From Pirellulales bacterium (GTDB lineage Bacteria; Planctomycetota; Planctomycetia; Pirellulales; JACPPG01), in the NCBI GenBank assembly GCA_036499395.1, contig DASYDW010000020.1, forward strand, positions 8,610-72,609: a stretch of DNA of 64,000 nucleotides, given 5' to 3'. How positions within the stretch are numbered: the first letter of the stretch is position 1; every line of letters begins with the position of its first letter. Under the pieces are notes generated by a model. That model did not search any database. It saw nothing but the letters and a program-made list of their open reading frames with translations, and had not been told where the DNA came from. Below are positions 15,957 to 24,947 of this stretch, piece by piece. Position numbers and translations under genes: made by a program.

Positions 15957-16931
15957 GTGAGAGATACAGTGCCAGACGTTGTTGCATGTTTGTGGGGCCG
16001 CGCCGGCATGGACCGCGCGGCACAAGGACTGCTCGGAGCGGGCCGCCGATTGGCCGAAAGCCTCGGAGAGAAGCTACACGCCGTAGTTGTCGGGCCAGTC
16101 GACCCCGCGGCAGTCGAAGCCGCGCGAACCGCGGCCGACAAGGTCGTGCTGGTCGAAGATGAATTGCTGGCCGAGTACAACGCTGAAAATTATTTGGCAG
16201 CTCTGACCGCGGTGTGTGGACAGCTTGCGCCGCGGGCAGTGCTCTTGGGCAACGATGTTTATAGCCAGGAATTGACGGCGCGCCTTGCCCATCGTTTGGG
16301 CGGTAGCGCCGCGGGTGATGCCGTCGATGTTGCGATTGCCGACGGCCAGTTGCGGGCGACTCGCGGTGTCTATGGCGGAAAGGCCACGGCCGTGATTGCC
16401 TTGGCCAAGACGCCGGCCGTCGTGTGGATTCGCGCGCGGGCGATGGCGCCCGCCCCGGCGCGGGCACCCGGCGAAGTCGAGTTGCTAAGTTTGGGCCTGG
16501 CTCAGGATTCTCGCGTCAGCCTGATTTCGAGTCACGCCGATGCGAAGGAAGGCGTGCGACTCGAAGAGGCGCGTCTCATCGTATCGGGCGGGCGTGGCTT
16601 GGGGGGGCCCGGGCCGTTCGAGCAATTGCAGGCGCTGGCCGCGGCAATGGGCGCGCAAATGGCGGCCTCGCGCGCTGCGTGTGACGCCGGCTGGGTCCCG
16701 GCCTCTTGGCAAGTCGGACAAACCGGCAAAAAAGTGGCGCCCGAGCTATATCTGGCCGTCGCCATTTCGGGCGCCAGCCAGCACATTATGGGCATTGCCG
16801 ACTCGAAAGTGATTTGCGCGATTAATCGCGATCCCGACGCGCCAATCTTCAAGCATTGCCGCTTCGGCCTGGTCGAGGACTATCAAAAGGTTATCGGTCC
16901 CTTGACCGCCAAGCTCGGCCAACACGCATGA
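15957..16931 (+). CDS. etfA: Electron transfer flavoprotein alpha subunit
   Basis: 324 aa. C-terminal FAD block: IVSGGRGLGGPGPFEQLQALAAAMGAQMAASRAACDAGWVP...QVGQTGKKVAPELYLAVAISGASQHIMG...VICAINRDPDAPIF. Confidence 0.9.
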   Translation: MRDTVPDVVACLWGRAGMDRAAQGLLGAGRRLAESLGEKLHAVVVGPVDPAAVEAARTAADKVVLVEDELLAEYNAENYLAALTAVCGQLAPRAVLLGNDVYSQELTARLAHRLGGSAAGDAVDVAIADGQLRATRGVYGGKATAVIALAKTPAVVWIRARAMAPAPARAPGEVELLSLGLAQDSRVSLISSHADAKEGVRLEEARLIVSGGRGLGGPGPFEQLQALAAAMGAQMAASRAACDAGWVPASWQVGQTGKKVAPELYLAVAISGASQHIMGIADSKVICAINRDPDAPIFKHCRFGLVEDYQKVIGPLTAKLGQHA

Positions 16932-18937
16932 ATGACCCGCTCACCGCGACGCGCGAAGTCTTCTGGAACATCAGCCATGCGTGGTTGATGTACGCGCTGC
17001 TGCTGCCCACCGTGATCGTCGCCGCCTATGGCATATATCGCCGTGTGCGCGTGTGGCGCCGCGGGCGCGACGAAAACCGGTGGGACCAGCCATTGCGGCG
17101 TTTGGGGTTGGTCGCGAAGAACGCTCTCTTGCAGGTGCGTACCTGGCGCAAACTGTACCCCGGCGTCATGCACGCGATGATCTTCTGGGGATTTATCGTG
17201 CTCACGATTGCGACCACGGTCGTGATGCTCGATTACGACTTCGGCATCCCGATCATGCGTGGTTGGTTCTACCTGATCTTCCAATCGTTCATTACCGATG
17301 TCTTCGGTGCGCTGGCGATCATCGGCGTCGGCCTGGCGATGCTGCGCCGCTGGGTCGCGCGGCCGCGCGAGCTTGTCTATTCGACCGAGGCATCGCTGAT
17401 CCTGGCGGCTATTTTCGCCATCCTAACGACCGGATTCCTTGTCGAGGGATGGCGCATCGCAGCCACTAACGACCCATGGGCTGCATGGTCGCCATTCGGG
17501 AATCTGGTCGCACGAGGCTCGCGCCGTTTCATGTCGGATACGACGATCCAGGGCGCACACCTGGCGACGTGGTGGATGCACATGCTGCTCGTGTTCGGGT
17601 TTCTCGCTTGGGCCCCCTACACCAAGATGGTGCATGTTCTCACGTCGACCCTGAATATTTACACGGCGCGGCTGGCGCCGATCGGCGCTACTCTGCGAAA
17701 GGTTGATTTCGATTCCGAGGAAAAACTGGGTATTCACGCGCTCGCCGGTTTCACTTGGAAGGATCTGCTCGATTTCGATGCCTGCACCGAGTGTGGCCGC
17801 TGCACCGCGGCTTGTCCGGCCAACCGCGTTGGCAAGCAGCTTTCTCCGCGTGACATCATTCTCGATCTGCAACGGTTGACTCGTACGGAGAACGCCGATT
17901 TCGCGCAGACTTACATCGGCGTCACTCCGGCACTTTCCGCCGAGGCGATGTGGGAGTGTACGACCTGCGGCGCCTGCGTCGAGGCCTGCCCCGTGTCGAT
18001 CGAGCAAATGCCGAAGATCGTCGACACGCGTCGCTATCTGGTGATGGAAGAGGCCGAATTCCCGGAAACCATGCAGCAGGCGTTAACCTCGGTCGAGACG
18101 CGTGCTCATCCGTTTCGCGGCACCGCCTTTTCGCGCGTCGATTGGACGCAAGGTTTGCCGATCGCAACGATGGCCGAAGCGCGCGAGGCGCAGGTTCTAC
18201 TGTGGGTCGGTTGCGGCGGCGCACTGGTCGAGCGGAATCAGAAGATCGTTCGCGCCCTGGCCCAACTCTTAACGAAGGCAGGCGTATCGTTTGCCATCCT
18301 GGGACGCGAGGAGAAATGCACCGGCGATCCCGCCCGTCGCATCGGTAACGAGTTTCTATTTCAGCAGTTGGCCGAGGATAATATCGCCACGCTCGATCGG
18401 TACCAGGCGAAAACGATCGTTACTTCCTGCCCGCACTGCTTCAACACGTTGCGGAACGAATATCCACAATTCGGTGGGCATTACGAGGTGTTTCACCACA
18501 GCGAATACCTGGCCCGCCTGGTGCATGAAGGCAAGCTTACCGTTGACATGCCGCTGGATAAAAAGATCACCTTTCACGATCCTTGCTACCTGGGCCGACA
18601 CAACGGCGTGTACGACGCTCCACGCGAGTTGGTACAGCACTCTACGACCTACGCGCCCCTTGAAATGGCGCAAAGTCGTCAAAATGGCTTTTGTTGTGGA
18701 GGCGGGGGTGGCATGAGCTTTGTCGACGAACCGGCCGACAAGCGCGTCAACCAAGAACGCGCTCGCCAGGTACTGGAAACCGACGCCGATATCGTGGCCG
18801 TGGGATGCCCGTTCTGTACGACCATGCTCGAAGATGGCATCAACGCGAAAAAAGGGGCACGCGATATCCAGGTCCTGGACGTGGCGGAGTTGCTTTGGCA
18901 AGCCGTGGAACGCCCCACCCCCTCAGAACATTCGTAA
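16928..18937 (+). CDS. Membrane-bound Fe-S oxidoreductase (N-terminal polytopic domain + 2x[4Fe-4S] + two CCG cysteine-rich domains; DUF224/HdrD-like, candidate ETF:quinone oxidoreductase)
   Basis: ATG 16928 overlaps the etfA stop (ATGA); the track ORF starts at 16856. About 270 aa of TM helices, then CTECGRCTAACP and CTTCGACVEACP ferredoxin motifs, then CPHCFNTL, FCCGGGGG and GCPFCTTML CCG-type motifs. Confidence 0.8.
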   Translation: MNDPLTATREVFWNISHAWLMYALLLPTVIVAAYGIYRRVRVWRRGRDENRWDQPLRRLGLVAKNALLQVRTWRKLYPGVMHAMIFWGFIVLTIATTVVMLDYDFGIPIMRGWFYLIFQSFITDVFGALAIIGVGLAMLRRWVARPRELVYSTEASLILAAIFAILTTGFLVEGWRIAATNDPWAAWSPFGNLVARGSRRFMSDTTIQGAHLATWWMHMLLVFGFLAWAPYTKMVHVLTSTLNIYTARLAPIGATLRKVDFDSEEKLGIHALAGFTWKDLLDFDACTECGRCTAACPANRVGKQLSPRDIILDLQRLTRTENADFAQTYIGVTPALSAEAMWECTTCGACVEACPVSIEQMPKIVDTRRYLVMEEAEFPETMQQALTSVETRAHPFRGTAFSRVDWTQGLPIATMAEAREAQVLLWVGCGGALVERNQKIVRALAQLLTKAGVSFAILGREEKCTGDPARRIGNEFLFQQLAEDNIATLDRYQAKTIVTSCPHCFNTLRNEYPQFGGHYEVFHHSEYLARLVHEGKLTVDMPLDKKITFHDPCYLGRHNGVYDAPRELVQHSTTYAPLEMAQSRQNGFCCGGGGGMSFVDEPADKRVNQERARQVLETDADIVAVGCPFCTTMLEDGINAKKGARDIQVLDVAELLWQAVERPTPSEHS

Positions 18938-18973
18938 CAGCTACAGACCTCTGCATCTGGAGAGCCAACATTT

Positions 18974-20149
18974 ATGGATCTTAGTCTCACCGCCAGCGAA
19001 CTGAAGTTTCGCGACGAGTTGCGAGCCTGGCTGAAAAATAATCTGCCGCCGAAGGGCGCGCACGCATTGAATGCGGCGCATTCCGCGGCCGATTTCCACG
19101 GACAAATCAAGGATTGGCAGCGCAAGCTGTTCGAGGGAGGTTACGCAGGCATCGCTTGGCCGAAGGAATTCGGTGGTCGCGGCGCAACGTTCATCGAACA
19201 GGCCATATTTCAGGAAGAAATGGCGCTCGCCGATACGCCCGAGACGGCCACGATCGGCCAGAGCCTGGTCGGGCCGACGATCATCGCTGTCGGCAGCGAG
19301 GCACAGAAGAAGCGTTTCTTGCCCGGCATCCTCTCCGGCCAAGAGGTCTGGTGCCAAGGCTTTTCCGAGCCTAACGCCGGCAGCGACCTGGCGTCGCTAC
19401 AGACGAAGGCCACGCTCGACGGCGATCACTTCGTCATCAATGGTCAAAAGATCTGGACGAGCTTTGCTCACTTCGCCGACTTGTGCCTGCTGATCGTCCG
19501 CACCGACTCGGCCGCTGCCAAACACAAGGGCATCACGTGTCTGTTAGTGGATATGAAAAGCCCGGGTATCACCGTGCGCCCGCTGAAGATGATGTCTGGC
19601 GATTCCGAATTCAATGAGGTGTTCTTTTCCAATTTACGCGTGCCGGTCGACCGCATGCTGGGCAAAGTCAACGAAGGTTGGAACGTTGCCATAACGGCTC
19701 TGAGTAACGAGCGGGCCAACTTGGGAATTGGTCTGTATGTGGCGTTCAAACGCAATCTCGACGCCGTGGTCGAACAGGCACGCACGCTGCGCCGCCACGG
19801 CAGGCCCATCATTGAAGATCCGGTGCTTCGCCAGAAACTGGCCCAAGCCTACGTCGATCTAGAAGTGTTCCGTCTGAACACGGCGCGCGGCTTGAGCACG
19901 TTGAATAAAACCGGCGTCCCCGGGCCTGAGGGATCGATCCAGAAACTCTACTGGAGCGAACTGAATCAGCGCAACGCACAGATCGCGATGGAAGTACTTG
20001 GCCCTTACGGGCAATTGACGGACTTTGACGGCGGTCGCTGCGTCTACAACTACCTGCGGTCGCGCGGCAACACGATCGAAGCCGGCACGAGCGAAGTTCA
20101 ACGCAATATCATCGCGCAGCGCGTGTTGGGGCTCCCGCGCAGCTACTAA
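18974..20149 (+). CDS. Acyl-CoA dehydrogenase (FadE26/ChsE4-like large subunit type)
   Basis: 391 aa. WCQGFSEPNAGSDLASLQTKA...INGQKIWTSFAHFADLCLLIVRTD...GNTIEAGTSEVQRNIIAQRVLGLPR. Confidence 0.85.
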   Translation: MDLSLTASELKFRDELRAWLKNNLPPKGAHALNAAHSAADFHGQIKDWQRKLFEGGYAGIAWPKEFGGRGATFIEQAIFQEEMALADTPETATIGQSLVGPTIIAVGSEAQKKRFLPGILSGQEVWCQGFSEPNAGSDLASLQTKATLDGDHFVINGQKIWTSFAHFADLCLLIVRTDSAAAKHKGITCLLVDMKSPGITVRPLKMMSGDSEFNEVFFSNLRVPVDRMLGKVNEGWNVAITALSNERANLGIGLYVAFKRNLDAVVEQARTLRRHGRPIIEDPVLRQKLAQAYVDLEVFRLNTARGLSTLNKTGVPGPEGSIQKLYWSELNQRNAQIAMEVLGPYGQLTDFDGGRCVYNYLRSRGNTIEAGTSEVQRNIIAQRVLGLPRSY

Positions 20150-20229
20150 GCTCTCTTCGCGCTGCCGAAAGCTCGCCGTCCACTTCACAGAATCACATTT
20201 GGCATTCGACCTACAAAGGCATTCCGATC

Positions 20230-21342
20230 ATGGAATTTGAACTTTCCAAGCCTCAAAAGCTGCTGCAAAAGTCTGCGCGTGAGTTATTCGCCCGCGTGTG
20301 CCCGATGACGCGCATTCGCGAGTCGCTGGCAGACGACAAGGTACTGCATGCCGAGTTATGGTCCGAAGTGGCAGACCAAGGTTGGCCAGGTATTCATCTG
20401 CCCGAAGAAGCTGGCGGCTTGGGGTTGGGCGTTGTAGACCTTGTCGCTGTCGCTGAAGAAATGGGACGTGCCTGTTTTCCCGGATCGTTCCTCGGCCCGG
20501 TCTGGGCGGCAACCCTCGTCGCACAGGCAAAACCTGAATCAAAATTCCTGCAGTCGCTCACCGCCGGCGAGTTGCAAGGTGCCGTCGCTCTACTCGAAGC
20601 CGACGCCAGTTGGAATCCGGCTGATGTACAACTCGCGGCAGTAAAGAAGGACGCCGGCTTTACGATCAGTGGTCGCAAGTCGTTCGTCTCGGATGCCGGC
20701 GCAGCGGGACTACTGATTTGCGTGGCGCGGGTAGGGCAAGAGCTTATTCTGCTCGCGGTGCCGGCCAAGTCCGCAGGCGTTTCGATCACGCCGACCGTCG
20801 GGCTGGATGCCACCCGCAAACTCTACGACGTCACGTTCGAAAATGTCGCAGTAGATGCCGATCATGTGCTCGCTACCGGCGAAGCGGCCTGCGCGGCACT
20901 CGAACGCTCGATGCAAGTCGGCACGCTAGTCGTATGCGCCGACATGCTGGGCGGGATGCAATGGATTCTCGAAGACGCGGTCGAGTACGCTAAAACGCGC
21001 CAGCAGTTCGGCAAGGTGATCGGATCGTTCCAGGCCGTGCAGCACATGTGCGCGGACATGTTGCTGTGGACCGAAAGTGCGCGATCCGCGATCTATTTCG
21101 CCGCCTGGGCGCTCGATGCCGAACCGGCAAGTGCCGCACGCGCGGTCGCCACGGCCAAGGTCTATACGTCCGACGCCTCGCGCGAGGTGGCCAATCGCGG
21201 CGTCCAAGTCCACGGCGGCATCGGCTTCACCTGGGAGCACGACTTGCAATTCTATTACAAGCGCTCCAAGGCCTCGGAAATCCTCTTCGGCGACGCGAGT
21301 TTCCACCGAGCCCGCATGGCTGAGTTGGTCCTCGACGCCTGA
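20230..21342 (+). CDS. Acyl-CoA dehydrogenase family protein (FadE27/ChsE5-like partner-subunit type)
   Basis: 370 aa. ARQQFGKVIGSFQAVQHMCADM...VQVHGGIGFTWEHDLQFYYKRSKASEILFGDASFHRARMAE. At the position of the MCAD-type YEGT motif it reads LFGD, so there is no Glu. Confidence 0.8.
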   Translation: MEFELSKPQKLLQKSARELFARVCPMTRIRESLADDKVLHAELWSEVADQGWPGIHLPEEAGGLGLGVVDLVAVAEEMGRACFPGSFLGPVWAATLVAQAKPESKFLQSLTAGELQGAVALLEADASWNPADVQLAAVKKDAGFTISGRKSFVSDAGAAGLLICVARVGQELILLAVPAKSAGVSITPTVGLDATRKLYDVTFENVAVDADHVLATGEAACAALERSMQVGTLVVCADMLGGMQWILEDAVEYAKTRQQFGKVIGSFQAVQHMCADMLLWTESARSAIYFAAWALDAEPASAARAVATAKVYTSDASREVANRGVQVHGGIGFTWEHDLQFYYKRSKASEILFGDASFHRARMAELVLDA

Positions 21343-21389
21343 ACCGCTCTTTGTTTCTTTGAGGGTATTGTTGACCGCGGCTAATACAA

Positions 21390-22589
21390 CTAGCGCCGGG
21401 GCGCAATTCCTTCGAACTTGGCGATAATTCCGAGCATGATCTCGTCGGCGCCGGCGCCGATCGACATCAGGCGCGAATCGCGGAAGTAGCGCGCCATCGG
21501 ATATTCTTCCATGTAGCCCATGCCACCGTGGAACTGCATGCAGATATCCGCGACTTCGCGCACCAAGCGGCCGGCTTTCAGCTTGGCGATCGAAGCCTCG
21601 CGGGTGAAATCCAACCCGCGATCCAGCAGGCGTCCGCAGTGGTAACACATCTGTCGCAGGAATTCGACTTCCGCGATTAGCTCGGTCAGCTTGAAATAGA
21701 TCCACTGGTTTTCGATCAGCGGCTTGCCAAACGTCGATCGGCCGCGGCAGTACTCGATGGTCATCTTCAAGATCTTGTCGGCACCGGCCACTGCCCCCAA
21801 CGAGCCGATCAATCGCTCGTTCTGGAATTGCTGCATCTGATAGATGAAGCCCATTCCCTCTTCGCCGATGCAATTCGCAACCGGCACGCGGCAATTGTCG
21901 AAGACCAACTCGGCCGTGTCGCTGGCCCAGTTGCCCATCTTCTTCAGTTTCTTGCTGACCGAAAAACCTTTTGCGTCGGTCGGCACGACGATCAGCGACA
22001 TTCCCTTATAGCCTGTGCCCGGCGTGGTGCGGGCCAGCAGGCAGATCCAGTCAGCCTGCGCGCCGTTGGTGATATACATCTTGCTGCCATTGATGACATA
22101 GTCACCCCCGTCGCGTTCGGCCTTGGTGCGGATCGAAGCGACGTCGGAACCGCCGCTGGGCTCGGTCACCGCGATGCTGCACACCGCATCGCCCGTGATC
22201 GCGGGCTCGAGATATTGCTTCTTGAGTTCGTGCGTTCCATAACGGGCCAAGGCCGGGGTGGCCATATCCGATTGCACTCCCATCGCCATGGGAATTGCAC
22301 CGCAATTGCAGCGGGCCATCTCCTCGGCAAACGCGATGTTGTACCAGTAGTCGCCCCCGGATCCGCCATATTCGACCGGGTAGGAGAGCCCCAACAGGCC
22401 CAGGTCGCCGGCCTTCTTGAACAGGTCGTGGGCGGGAAAGATCTCGTCCTCCTCCCATTGGTCGATGTAGGGATTGACCTCTTCGTCGACAAAACGACGC
22501 ACCGTTTCGCGAAACAGTTGGTGAGCTTTCGTAAAGCCCGTGCCGGGGACCAATTCCTCAGCTTTGTTCTGAAGGAGTTCTGAGGCCAT
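21390..22589 (-). CDS. Acyl-CoA dehydrogenase (long-chain/isovaleryl-type)
   Basis: 399 aa. FRETVRRFVDEEVNPYIDQWEE...AVTEPSGGSDVASIRTKAERDG...INGSKMYITNG...QFHGGMGYMEEYPMARYFRDSRLMSIGAGADEIMLGIIAK. Convergent with the preceding ACAD. Confidence 0.9.
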   Translation of the reverse strand: MASELLQNKAEELVPGTGFTKAHQLFRETVRRFVDEEVNPYIDQWEEDEIFPAHDLFKKAGDLGLLGLSYPVEYGGSGGDYWYNIAFAEEMARCNCGAIPMAMGVQSDMATPALARYGTHELKKQYLEPAITGDAVCSIAVTEPSGGSDVASIRTKAERDGGDYVINGSKMYITNGAQADWICLLARTTPGTGYKGMSLIVVPTDAKGFSVSKKLKKMGNWASDTAELVFDNCRVPVANCIGEEGMGFIYQMQQFQNERLIGSLGAVAGADKILKMTIEYCRGRSTFGKPLIENQWIYFKLTELIAEVEFLRQMCYHCGRLLDRGLDFTREASIAKLKAGRLVREVADICMQFHGGMGYMEEYPMARYFRDSRLMSIGAGADEIMLGIIAKFEGIAPRR

Positions 22590-22907
22590 GTTGACACCAA
22601 TATCTGTTGGAAGGGATCGAGAGGGCGCACGACCGCTATGCTTCGTTCCGATTGTAGCAATACAGCTTCCGACTGCACGTAGGTTTTCAAGAATTGTGTG
22701 CGACTTCGACAGAAGCGATTGGGGTAGCGCCCGGAAGAAAACTCGTCACCGATTGGGGCCGATCGTTTCCGGAACTGAACGGTACGAATCTTCTGAGCAT
22801 GGTACACTTTTCCGAAATCGTCGGGCCATTCCGAAGTCGGCTCGGATAGGGCGAACTTCGACGATCGTCTTTGTTTGCCACGTTGATTTCAGAGAGTAGT
22901 ACTCATC

Positions 22908-23615
22908 ATGCTCCCGGCCAACTACCAGATTCGCCTCCTTGCACCGGGCGACTACACGGCGATCATCGAAATTTGCAAAACTGTCTACCCCACAGAGACG
23001 CCCTATACCGTTGAGGAGCTAGAGGATCATCACCGAGTCTTTCCCCAGGGGCAGTTCGTCGCCGCTGACGTGGACTTGAACCAAGTGGCAGGTGTGCATT
23101 TCACGCTTCGCCTGCGAATGTTCGATTTTCACATCGACGACCCGTGGGACGTTCTCACGTCGGGCGGTACGTTTCTCGATCACGACCCTGCCGGACCGAC
23201 CCTTTACGGCGCGGATATCATGGTGCATCCCGGTCATCAGCATCACGGGATTGCGCACGCGTTGACCGATCAGACGCGCTTTTTGGTGCAAGAAGAACGT
23301 CTCTGGCGAATGGTGGGGGCCAGCCGGTTGCCCGGCTATGCCATGCACAGCGCGACCATGAGCGTCGAGCGTTATGTTGATGCCGTCGCCAATGGCACGC
23401 AGTTTGATCCCGTGCTTAGTCTCCACCTAAAAGATGGCTGGACGATCGTAAGACCCATCCAGGGCTATCTTCAACACGACGAAGACAGCGCGGGTTGGGC
23501 CGTCGTCATTCAGTGGGTTAATCCTGATTGCCCACCACCGGCTGCATTCAGTCTGCGCAACCTACCTCCATCCTCCTCGGCAGATGCCATCAAGTCGGGG
23601 CGTTCAACGGCATAA
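22908..23615 (+). CDS. GNAT-family N-acetyltransferase (probable)
   Basis: 235 aa. IRLLAPGDYTAIIEICKTVY...GADIMVHPGHQHHGIAHALTD resembles GNAT motif A. Call rests on weak motif recognition only. Confidence 0.55.
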   Translation: MLPANYQIRLLAPGDYTAIIEICKTVYPTETPYTVEELEDHHRVFPQGQFVAADVDLNQVAGVHFTLRLRMFDFHIDDPWDVLTSGGTFLDHDPAGPTLYGADIMVHPGHQHHGIAHALTDQTRFLVQEERLWRMVGASRLPGYAMHSATMSVERYVDAVANGTQFDPVLSLHLKDGWTIVRPIQGYLQHDEDSAGWAVVIQWVNPDCPPPAAFSLRNLPPSSSADAIKSGRSTA

Positions 23616-23877
23616 GGCTCGATCCTGCTGGATGTGCTCTCGCTGTAGCCCGAGGTTAGGCGAACCGAGCATTGGCCATCTTAGAACTTGTTTGGACCGC
23701 CGCGACGTCTTGTCTCGAGAACGGACGACGGGCGGGAATGCGTCAGTTCACGCCTGGTTTTCCGCCGCCCCACGCATCTTCGCTCTATGCGAAGCGGTTG
23801 GAATTGGTCAGTGCCACCGACATAATCAGATTCGAGGCTTTCCTGTCTGCCAACTGAGTGAATAGTGGGGAACGTAC

Positions 23878-24756
23878 GTGAAATTCGGCAAGGTCGACAA
23901 TCCAAAGAAAATTGATTTTACAATCCCACGAGATCATCCAGATACCATGAAGGTACTGAAACGAGCCTCGAAAGCGAAGGCATTCAAGGTCTACGTCGGA
24001 TGTGCCAAGTGGAATAAGAAGGACCTCAAAGATCTCTATCCGAAGGGCGTGAAGGACGAACTCGCGTACTACTCGACGCAGTTCAATAGCATCGAACTGA
24101 ATGCCACATTTTATCGCTTATTTCCAGCAGCGACTTTCAAGAACTGGAATGCTACGGTGCCGGACGATTTCCGGTTCTTTCCCAAGCTCGAACAAACGAT
24201 CTCGCACTTTCGACGCTTGAAGAACGTCAAGCAACTCGTCAAACGCAACGTTACCAACATGTCGCATCTGCGGGAAAAGCTGGAGATGCCGTTCCTGCAG
24301 ATGCACAATAACTTTGGGCCGAAAGATTTCGAGCGTGTTGTGACGTTCGCCGAGAACTGGACACACGACGTTCCGCTGGCGATAGAGTTTCGCCATACCG
24401 ATTGGTACAACGATCCTGCCGTTTCAACCAAACTTTACGATTTGCTCGAGACACACGGCATTACGAATGTCCTCGTCGATACGGCGGGGCGTCGTGATCT
24501 GATGCATATGCGACTGACGACCCCGACGGCGTTCATACGCTGGGTAGGGGCGAACGATCCCAAATCGGATCGCGCCCGTCTCGATGATTGGATTGAGAGA
24601 ATCGCGAAATGGAAAAGGGCCGGATTGCAGAAGCTCTTTTTCTTCGTCCATCACAATTATGAAGTGGAATCTCCTGCACTCGCCGCGCACTTCATCAAGC
24701 GGCTCAACAAGAAGATCGGTGCCAGCCTGCCTGTCCCCAAGACTCTTAAGGCTTAG
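23878..24756 (+). CDS. DUF72 (UPF0759) family protein
   Basis: 292 aa, GTG start. YVGCAKWNKKDL...LAYYSTQFNSIELNATFYRLFPAATFKNW...VPDDFRFFPKLEQTISH. Visibly more AT- and Lys-rich than its neighbours. Confidence 0.8.
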   Translation: MKFGKVDNPKKIDFTIPRDHPDTMKVLKRASKAKAFKVYVGCAKWNKKDLKDLYPKGVKDELAYYSTQFNSIELNATFYRLFPAATFKNWNATVPDDFRFFPKLEQTISHFRRLKNVKQLVKRNVTNMSHLREKLEMPFLQMHNNFGPKDFERVVTFAENWTHDVPLAIEFRHTDWYNDPAVSTKLYDLLETHGITNVLVDTAGRRDLMHMRLTTPTAFIRWVGANDPKSDRARLDDWIERIAKWKRAGLQKLFFFVHHNYEVESPALAAHFIKRLNKKIGASLPVPKTLKA

Positions 24757-24861
24757 CGGCCGCATTGACCGTGTAGGCCACACTTCCGCCCGACTGCAAA
24801 GGGCTGTCGCTCGGCGTTTCTTGCTCGCTTCTTGAGCGTTTTGGCCTCATTCGCCTGCCGC

Positions 24862-24876
24862 TGCGAGTTTTTCGCA
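24862..24876. promoter_or_regulatory. Palindrome site A: TGCGAG-TTT-TTCGCA (one mismatch to TGCGAA-N3-TTCGCA)
   Basis: Read directly. 72-84 nt upstream of the GH5 start (24948/24960). Confidence 0.45.
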
Positions 24877-24947
24877 TGTTTTGACGGCGATTGGCGACCC
24901 ATGTTTGAGCATCACGGCGATGGGTGACCATGGCCGTTCACCTCTGA

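Noticed and set aside
20926-21894. 322-aa minus-strand ORF bridging two acyl-CoA dehydrogenase genes
   Set aside because: It runs antisense to or out of frame with two ORFs that carry strong ACAD motifs. Its composition is Arg/Gly/Pro-rich shadow-like.
23772-23788. CTTCGC-TCTAT-GCGAAG inverted repeat sharing TTCGC/GCGAA half-sites with the regulon palindrome
   Set aside because: Different spacing and half-site order, shorter arms, and located upstream of the unrelated DUF72 gene. Too weak to count as a sixth site without a statistical scan.
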